IMG/VR virus record: IMGVR_UViG_3300022074_000037
Span: 1 to 61,734 of that record
Length of the DNA stretch: 61,734 bases
Reading direction: 5' to 3' (one strand)
DNA from: a virus
Taxonomy: Duplodnaviria; Caudoviricetes
Shown: positions 55,047 through 61,734 of the stretch, piece after piece
Layout of the letters: every line of letters starts with the position of its first letter
Position numbering within the stretch: the stretch's first letter is position 1
Notes under the pieces: model-generated
Seen by the model: the letters and a program-made list of their open reading frames with translations, nothing else
Database searches by the model: none
Told to the model about the DNA's origin: nothing
Position numbers and translations under genes: made by a program

Positions 55047-55343
55047 ATGCCCGCAGTAACAAGAGTAGGATTAGATAGTCATGTAGGTCACGCAAGTCCT
55101 ACACCAAATCCATTTCACAAAACCGCATATGCATCTGGTTCTTCAAATGTAAATACTAATGGAGCCGCAACAGTTCGTATTGGGGATGCGACAGGTTGTG
55201 GTGACCCAGCAGTTGGTGGTTCTGGTACAGTTTTTGTAAATGGTATTGGTGTTCACAGACAGGGTGATGGAACAGGTGGTCATGGAAGTTGGGTGCCGAA
55301 TGCGTCTGCTTCTGGTTCACCAAATGTTAATGCTGGTGGATAA
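55047..55343 (+). CDS. gp5.4: PAAR spike-tip protein (gp5.4)
   Basis: MPAVTRVG..H..H, GS.NV..NG, R.GD...CG. Confidence 0.88.
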   Translation: MPAVTRVGLDSHVGHASPTPNPFHKTAYASGSSNVNTNGAATVRIGDATGCGDPAVGGSGTVFVNGIGVHRQGDGTGGHGSWVPNASASGSPNVNAGG

Positions 55344-55373
55344 ACGGACTAAATAATAAAAAGAGAGACTAAG

Positions 55374-55814
55374 ATGACAGTACAATCCGCATACAGAGAT
55401 GCACAGGCAACAAACGATACTAATCGTAATGCACAGGTGTACAAAGATTTAAATCTTAACTTTACAAAACATCCTATCAAAAGAGATTTGGTGCCTTTGT
55501 CAAATGCGGCCGCTGTTAAAAGAAGTGTAAGAAACCTTGTTCAGTATGGTCACTTTGAAAAACCTTTTCATCCAGAGATTGGTTCTGGTGTTCGTGACCT
55601 TTTGTTTGAGAACATGACTCCCTTCACTGCAAATACTCTTGCAAGAAAGATTGAGGATGTAATTACAAACTTTGAACCTAGAGCGTTACTCGCTGGGGTT
55701 GAAGTTATACCAAGATTTGATAACAATCAATATGAGGTGACAGTGGAGTTTTATATCCAGAATGCTCCTGCCGAACTTCAAGATTTATCATTCACATTAG
55801 AGAGAATTAGATAA
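55374..55814 (+). CDS. gp25: baseplate wedge gp25
   Basis: YKDLNL.F..HP, AVKRSVRNL, EKPFHP.IGS, FEPR. Confidence 0.92.
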   Translation: MTVQSAYRDAQATNDTNRNAQVYKDLNLNFTKHPIKRDLVPLSNAAAVKRSVRNLVQYGHFEKPFHPEIGSGVRDLLFENMTPFTANTLARKIEDVITNFEPRALLAGVEVIPRFDNNQYEVTVEFYIQNAPAELQDLSFTLERIR

Positions 55815-55815
55815 G

Positions 55816-57717
55816 ATGGCAAGCACAGATAAAAGACTTAATGTCACCGAATTAGATTTTGATGATATCAAAACGAATCTAAAAACATTTATGCGTAACC
55901 AAGATGAGTTTACGGATTATGATTTTGAAGGTTCTGGTATCAATGCATTAATGGACTTACTTGCATATAATACACATTACCTTGCAATGAATGTCAACAT
56001 GGCTGCAAACGAAATGTTTCTGGATACCGCTTCGGTTCGTGCGTCTGTTGTTTCTCATGCAAAGACTTTAGGATACACACCAAACTCTGCAAGAGCTCCG
56101 ATTGGTACAATCAATGTATCTCTGAATAGTTTCCCATCAACATTAACTACTGCAACAATTCCAGCAGAAACAGTTTTCACTGCAAGTGTTGATGATGTGT
56201 CTTATCAGTTCGTAACAATATCTGAAGTCACTATACCTGTTGCGAATGGTATTCTTTCATTTTCAAATATTCCAATCTATGAGGGAACATTCACAAAGAA
56301 CAGATACACTGTTGATATAAAGAACGTAGACCAAAAATTTAAACTTACAAGTGACCGAGCAGATACGACAACTCTAAAAGTTCAAGTATTCGATTCTGCA
56401 TCTTCATCTAACTTTACAACATATACACTTGCGACAGACATTACTCAAGTCGGTTCAACTTCTAATGTATACTTCCTACAGGAGTGTGGTGATGGTAGAT
56501 TTGAGGTTTACTTTGGTGACGGTATTGTGGGTCGTGCATTGTCTGACAATAATGTAGTGGTGTTATCATATGTGGTAACTAATAAAACCAAAGCAAACGG
56601 TGCAACCAACTTTAGAACAACCGCAACTATTTCTGGTATTACAAATGTTACAACAACAACTGTATCCGCCGCATCTGGTGGAGCAGAACCAGAATCAATT
56701 CAATCAATCAAACTCAATGCACCATTAGACTATGCTGCTCAAGGTCGTGCGGTTACCCCAGAAGATTACAAGACAATTATTCCAAAGGTATATGCAAATA
56801 CAAAATCAGTTCAAGTGTGGGGTGGTGAAGATAACTCAACACCTGTCTATGGTCGTACATATATTTCTATTGTTCCAACTGCTGGTTCTATCACTGCGGC
56901 CGCTAAGGAACAAATCGTAAAAGACTTAAAGGGAACTTATGCAATTGCATCTGTGACTCCTGTTATCGTTAACCCTATAACAACCTTTGTTCGTCTTGGT
57001 GTAAATTTTAAATTCAACAAGAAGAACACAACAAAGACATCTGAAACTTTGATTAGTAATGTTACTAAGTCACTGCAAAATTATGACACAGAAAACTTAC
57101 AAAAGTTTGATGGCGTCTTTAGACATTCACAAGTAACAGGTTTGATTGATGATACTGATGATTCAATTTTATCAAATATCACAACAGTAAAACTTTCACA
57201 GTTTATCACACCTTCTCTAAATGTCAATACAAAATATACTTTAGAATTTAACAACGCAATCTACAATCCACACACTGGTCATGCATCTGCCGAGGGTGGT
57301 GTATTGTCTTCTACTGGATTTAAAATTTCTGGTAATTCAAATGAAATGTTCTTGAATGATAATGGTCAAGGTGTTGTGAGAATGTTCTACTATACTGATG
57401 GAACAACAATCACATATCAAGATGAAACTGCTGGTACTATTAATTACAAAACTGGTGTTATTGAATTAACTGCATTGAACATTACTTCTATCTCAAGTGT
57501 TGATGGTGCATCTTCTTCTAAAATTAGAATTGTTGTTACCCCAAACTCAACGGATGTAGTGGCAGTAAGAAATCAAATTTTACAGATTGACTTTGCAAAC
57601 ACAACAGTTGAATCTAGTGAGGATACAATCGCTGGTGGTGGTGCATCTGCTGGTGTCGGTTACACGACAACTAGTTCTTATACCCCAACCACATCAAGTA
57701 CAAGTAGTGGATACTAA
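55816..57717 (+). CDS. gp6: baseplate wedge gp6
   Basis: LDFDDIK.NL, DYDFEGS, FGDG..G, Q.RAVT..DY, WGGEDN. Confidence 0.95.
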   Translation: MASTDKRLNVTELDFDDIKTNLKTFMRNQDEFTDYDFEGSGINALMDLLAYNTHYLAMNVNMAANEMFLDTASVRASVVSHAKTLGYTPNSARAPIGTINVSLNSFPSTLTTATIPAETVFTASVDDVSYQFVTISEVTIPVANGILSFSNIPIYEGTFTKNRYTVDIKNVDQKFKLTSDRADTTTLKVQVFDSASSSNFTTYTLATDITQVGSTSNVYFLQECGDGRFEVYFGDGIVGRALSDNNVVVLSYVVTNKTKANGATNFRTTATISGITNVTTTTVSAASGGAEPESIQSIKLNAPLDYAAQGRAVTPEDYKTIIPKVYANTKSVQVWGGEDNSTPVYGRTYISIVPTAGSITAAAKEQIVKDLKGTYAIASVTPVIVNPITTFVRLGVNFKFNKKNTTKTSETLISNVTKSLQNYDTENLQKFDGVFRHSQVTGLIDDTDDSILSNITTVKLSQFITPSLNVNTKYTLEFNNAIYNPHTGHASAEGGVLSSTGFKISGNSNEMFLNDNGQGVVRMFYYTDGTTITYQDETAGTINYKTGVIELTALNITSISSVDGASSSKIRIVVTPNSTDVVAVRNQILQIDFANTTVESSEDTIAGGGASAGVGYTTTSSYTPTTSSTSSGY

Positions 57718-57719
57718 TA

Positions 57720-60539
57720 ATGTCCTATGATGACAATACGCTGACAAATAAATTATCTTCGTTAGTAAGAACAAGTCTGCCTGAGTTTATTCAAGCAGAC
57801 CATCCTGTATTTTCTCAGTTTATTAGAACGTATTATCAGTTCCTTGAAAGTGCAGAGGTTACTTTCAGTGAGGTTAATAATTATCTTGTTCAAGAAACAA
57901 CTTCAACCAACTTTGTCTTAGATGAGAATGGTGACAATGTTGTTCTTGAAGATTCGCAGGCCAAATTTGTTGTTGGGGAAACAATCACTGGTTTAACATC
58001 TGGTGCAACTGCAACTGTTCTTGTTGATGACGTTGATGATAATAAGCGCTTGTTTATTTCATCTCAAACTCAGTTTATCATAGGCGAAACTGTTAACGGT
58101 TCGGTATCCAATTCATCTGGAACAATTCAAACATATCGTGCAAACCCTGTACAGAACATTCAACAACTTCTTGAGTTCGCAAACGTAGATGCGACAATCT
58201 TCAAATTCCTTGACAACTTTAGAGATGCATTCTTAGATGGTGTTGTCGATAACCTTGATACTGGTGTTGACAAAAGAAAACTTATTAAAAGCATTCGTGA
58301 CTTGTATGTATCAAAAGGTACACGAAAAGGTCATGAGTTATTCTTCAGACTTTTATTTAATGATGATGCAGTTATTTCATATCCTAATGAAAATATGTTA
58401 CGGGCGTCTGATGGTGTTTGGACTTCAAGAACTATTATGCGTGTTCAAGAAACCGCTGGTAATGTTGAAGAACTTATTGGTCAAACAGTTACAGGTCAGA
58501 CTTCTGGTGCAGTTGCAATTCCAGTATCTACAATTGGTATTCGTGAAGCGTTTACTGATATCGTTGAGATTGAGATTGATACTGATACCCAGACAGGAAC
58601 ATTCGTTTCTGGTGAAACCGTAAAGGGTATTTCAAACGTATCAGACCAAGACGTTTCATTTACTGTATTCTCTATTATTACTGATGCAGATGTTTCGACA
58701 ACAGATGAAGGACAATACTATACCGCAGGGCAACAAGTTAACATTGCGTCCAGTGGTTCTCAAACTGCAACCGCAATAATCAATACAGTTGGCGCTGGTT
58801 CTGTCAATGATATTGTTATTGATGATGCTGGTTCAAACTTTGCAATTGGTGATGCAATTAATTTTGACAATAGTGGAACTGATGGTGTTGGTATTTCTGC
58901 TGAGGTTCAAGTTGTAGGTGGTGCAGTAGCGCCTGAGGCTGGTGATGTCGCACAATATGGAATGTCCTTAGATGACCATATTGTTCTTGAAGATGGAACT
59001 CAGTCGTTCATGAACGACACATATCATGGAACTAAGATAGTTCTTGAAGACGCAACCTTTGGTGATGCGCCAGGCAGTTCCGTTGCAGAACGTGGGTCTA
59101 TTACAGATGTAAGACTTATTAATGGTGGTTTTGGTTACACGAAACTTCCTACTGTTACAAGCATTACAACTAGTTCTGGTAGTGGTGCAAAACTTTTGCC
59201 GACTTCGACTTCTGGTATTGGTGCAGTAAAAGATGTTGAGATTACAAACTTTGGTTTTAATTATTCATCGGCCCCAGCGTTCAGTCCATTTAGACACGCC
59301 GTCATTAAAGATATTACAGGAACATTTTCTATTGGAGATGTGTTAACATCACACACTGGTACGGTCACTGCATTTGACAGTACACGACAATTGTTATCTA
59401 TTAATACAACTGCAAACTTATCAAACGGTAATAGTATCACAACCTCTGGTGCAAGTGCAACAATCGCTCAAGTTGATACTCCAACAATCACTCCACAAGT
59501 CGGTACTGTTGCAACAACCTCTGGTGAGTTCTTAGGTGAACGTGGTAAGATTTCATCTGATGTGATGAGAGTACAAGATAGTTTCTATTATCAAGATTAC
59601 TCGTATGTGGTTAGAGTTGGTGAATCAATTAACACATGGAGAAACGCAATCAAGAGAACAGTCCATCCTGCTGGTTGGGCGGTCTTTGGTGAGGTTTCAA
59701 TTGTATCATCTGTAACTGCTGGTATAAATGCGTTCACTGCCGGTGACCTTAGTGTACCAGAAGGAACATTCACACCAGAACTTGCATCTCTCTTTACTAC
59801 AGTATTTACAACTATCTTTGGTAGAAGACTTGGTACGGTAGATGATGGAACTTCAGTTCGTGCAACACCTTCAGTTGGTTCTGACGCAATCTTATCTAAC
59901 ACTGAACGTGACCTTACTCTTACAAGAATTAATACAATTAGTGTTGGTGTGGTTCGTGCAAACGCAAACTTGGGTATCGGGCCTACTCTGGAAAACCTTG
60001 CAAAGTATGCCTTTGCGGTTGAACCCATGTTGACAGATTCAGAACTTGCACATTATCCAAACTTTAGAAGAACTGCAAGAAGTGGTGAGAACGACAGAGC
60101 ATATTATAACATTGAACAGTTCAAACATTTCAGAATTAATCAAGTATCAGAACGTGGTGGAAATGTAGATAGTTTTGATGATACAACTCAGAAGTTTGAT
60201 TCTGACCAAGAGGGGTTTGATGCAAGTGATGTTAATATTCCACAGGCCGCATTTACCACAAGGATTAATGTACCGCCTCCTGGCGAGATTAATATCAGTT
60301 CAACTAGTTCTACCAGTAACTTCTCAGATTCATTTATCACATTTGATGATACGATTAATGAATTCTCAGAAAGTGGTAGTTCAAGTGCAACTCCAACTGT
60401 GACTGACTTCTCTGAAACACTAGTCACTTTTGATAATAATGCAGAGAAATTTGATGAACAGACTGCTGGTGTTCCAGTAGACTTTAGTACGATAGCAAAT
60501 ACATTCGACCAGACAGTAATTACGATGGACGATGGTTAA
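57720..60539 (+). CDS. baseplate wedge initiator (gp7-like)
   Basis: LPEF...HP.F..F...YY.FLE, SKGT, QDSFYYQDYSYVV, HPAG; follows gp6. Confidence 0.75.
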   Translation: MSYDDNTLTNKLSSLVRTSLPEFIQADHPVFSQFIRTYYQFLESAEVTFSEVNNYLVQETTSTNFVLDENGDNVVLEDSQAKFVVGETITGLTSGATATVLVDDVDDNKRLFISSQTQFIIGETVNGSVSNSSGTIQTYRANPVQNIQQLLEFANVDATIFKFLDNFRDAFLDGVVDNLDTGVDKRKLIKSIRDLYVSKGTRKGHELFFRLLFNDDAVISYPNENMLRASDGVWTSRTIMRVQETAGNVEELIGQTVTGQTSGAVAIPVSTIGIREAFTDIVEIEIDTDTQTGTFVSGETVKGISNVSDQDVSFTVFSIITDADVSTTDEGQYYTAGQQVNIASSGSQTATAIINTVGAGSVNDIVIDDAGSNFAIGDAINFDNSGTDGVGISAEVQVVGGAVAPEAGDVAQYGMSLDDHIVLEDGTQSFMNDTYHGTKIVLEDATFGDAPGSSVAERGSITDVRLINGGFGYTKLPTVTSITTSSGSGAKLLPTSTSGIGAVKDVEITNFGFNYSSAPAFSPFRHAVIKDITGTFSIGDVLTSHTGTVTAFDSTRQLLSINTTANLSNGNSITTSGASATIAQVDTPTITPQVGTVATTSGEFLGERGKISSDVMRVQDSFYYQDYSYVVRVGESINTWRNAIKRTVHPAGWAVFGEVSIVSSVTAGINAFTAGDLSVPEGTFTPELASLFTTVFTTIFGRRLGTVDDGTSVRATPSVGSDAILSNTERDLTLTRINTISVGVVRANANLGIGPTLENLAKYAFAVEPMLTDSELAHYPNFRRTARSGENDRAYYNIEQFKHFRINQVSERGGNVDSFDDTTQKFDSDQEGFDASDVNIPQAAFTTRINVPPPGEINISSTSSTSNFSDSFITFDDTINEFSESGSSSATPTVTDFSETLVTFDNNAEKFDEQTAGVPVDFSTIANTFDQTVITMDDG

Positions 60540-60546
60540 CAAACCT

Positions 60547-60566
60547 TATAAATAAAGGTATAAATA
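60547..60566 (+). promoter_or_regulatory. tandem late promoters TATAAATA
   Basis: Two exact copies at 60547 and 60559. Confidence 0.75.
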
Positions 60567-60586
60567 TACTCTAGGAGAAACCAAAA

Positions 60587-61540
60587 ATGGCATATCAAGC
60601 AATCGGGCGTGGTTCTTCAGCCAATGACGGAACAGGTGATGACCTTCGTAGTGGCGCAGGCAAAATCAACGCCAACTTTGTAGAAGTATACACCAAGCTC
60701 GGTGATGGTTCTACTCTTACGTCTGACACAGTAGGTTTACTTGCTGCAACTCAGACTATGACTAACAAAACTTTAACTGCACCTACAATCAATGGTGTTG
60801 TTGGTGGTACAACTACTTCCCAAACAATTACAACTCTGACTACTGAAGGTATTCAGAATGCAACTGGTGAGTTAGAAATTACTGCCGCAAACCAAGTAGT
60901 AGAGATTCAAGGTGGTGGTTCAAACTCTGGTGCAATCACTCTTAACTGTGAACAAAACTCTCACGGTCAAAAGATTATCGCACAACCGCATAGTGCCGGT
61001 GTGACAAACACCTTGACACTTCCTGCCGGTGGCAATCAAGAACTGGTTGGTACTACTGCAACTCAAACACTTGCTGCAAAAACTTTAACATTACCGCAAA
61101 TTAATGATACATCTTCTGACCACCAATATGTGTTCGCAGTATCAGAACTTGCGGCCGATAGAACTGTAACTCTTCCGTTACTTGCTGGTAATGATGAGTT
61201 TGTCTTCAAAGACCATGCAGTTACAATGACTAACAAAACTATGGGTGCAATGTTCGGTACAGTACAAGCACTTTCTGGTGCTGGTGCAGTGGATATCACT
61301 TCGTTGATTACACAAGTTACTACAACTGGTGCAGATGCATTGACACTTGCTAACGGTGCAAACGGTCAAATGAAAATTATTACTATGGTTGCAGACGGTG
61401 GAGATGGAACTCTCACTCCAGCAACTTTTGCAAACGGAACAACAATTACATTCAATGATGTTGGTGATAGTGTACTCTTAGTATACAATACAACTGGTGG
61501 ATGGGCAGCTGTATCTAATGTTGGATGCACAATCGCATAA
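60587..61540 (+). CDS. baseplate/fibre protein with gp9/gp10-like N-terminus
   Basis: G...NDGTGD.LR....KIN.NF.E.Y; TQT(M/L)TNKTL repeats. Confidence 0.75.
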   Translation: MAYQAIGRGSSANDGTGDDLRSGAGKINANFVEVYTKLGDGSTLTSDTVGLLAATQTMTNKTLTAPTINGVVGGTTTSQTITTLTTEGIQNATGELEITAANQVVEIQGGGSNSGAITLNCEQNSHGQKIIAQPHSAGVTNTLTLPAGGNQELVGTTATQTLAAKTLTLPQINDTSSDHQYVFAVSELAADRTVTLPLLAGNDEFVFKDHAVTMTNKTMGAMFGTVQALSGAGAVDITSLITQVTTTGADALTLANGANGQMKIITMVADGGDGTLTPATFANGTTITFNDVGDSVLLVYNTTGGWAAVSNVGCTIA

Positions 61541-61550
61541 GGGGTAGACA

Positions 61551-61734
61551 ATGGCAATTGATACTATTGGTACAAACGCAATCGCAAATGATGCTGTAAC
61601 TGCTGCAAAGATTCCTGCTGGTGCGGTTGATGCCGATATCACTGCAATTCCAGATGGTTCGGTGACAACTGCAAAGATTGCTGATAATGCTGTAACTTCT
61701 GCAAAGGCACTAAACCTTGGTCGTAGGAATCTTG
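61551..61734 (+). CDS. 3'-truncated tail fibre-like protein
   Basis: AVTAAKI / SVTTAKIADNAVTSAK repeats. Confidence 0.7.
   Translation, partial: MAIDTIGTNAIANDAVTAAKIPAGAVDADITAIPDGSVTTAKIADNAVTSAKALNLGRRNL

Noticed and set aside
1-61734. Alternative genetic code, integrase/prophage, DGR, retron or IS elements
   Set aside because: Core genes are intact in the standard code with all three stops used; no integrase, reverse transcriptase or transposase motifs were recognised

Overview
This window is a 61.7-kb segment of a large T4-like (myovirus) bacteriophage genome, probably marine and probably infecting an alphaproteobacterium. The host call rests on a permuted two-piece tmRNA with an ANDN...ALAA tag, a pseudoazurin and clustered GANTC motifs. 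Product calls come from motif recognition and synteny, not database searches. The window holds late structural and lysis genes (spanin pair, lipase, GH108 endolysin, SleB, gp2/4/5/5.4/6/7/25/26/48/51/53/54-like). It also holds replication and nucleotide genes (gp61, gp59, gp32, gp33, RNase H, NrdA, Grx-NrdB, ThyX, DenV-like) and host-like genes (IscA, pseudoazurin, half-size Na/Pi transporter, PhoH, MazG-like, bS21), plus three tRNAs, a tmRNA and several islands of small early genes. The most unusual signals are regulatory. (1) A repeated modular early-promoter architecture: YGAKTCG sites, then an IHF-like site, then a sigma70 promoter whose spacer carries a TGTT-N5-AACA palindrome. (2) A stand-alone small RNA of about 120 nt whose CU-rich loop is complementary to the GA-rich leaders of those same early genes. 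(3) A likely -1 frameshift (U UUU UUA) fusing gp26 to gp51. (4) ClpXP-type C-terminal Ala-Ala ends on several early or middle proteins, alongside a phage tmRNA.
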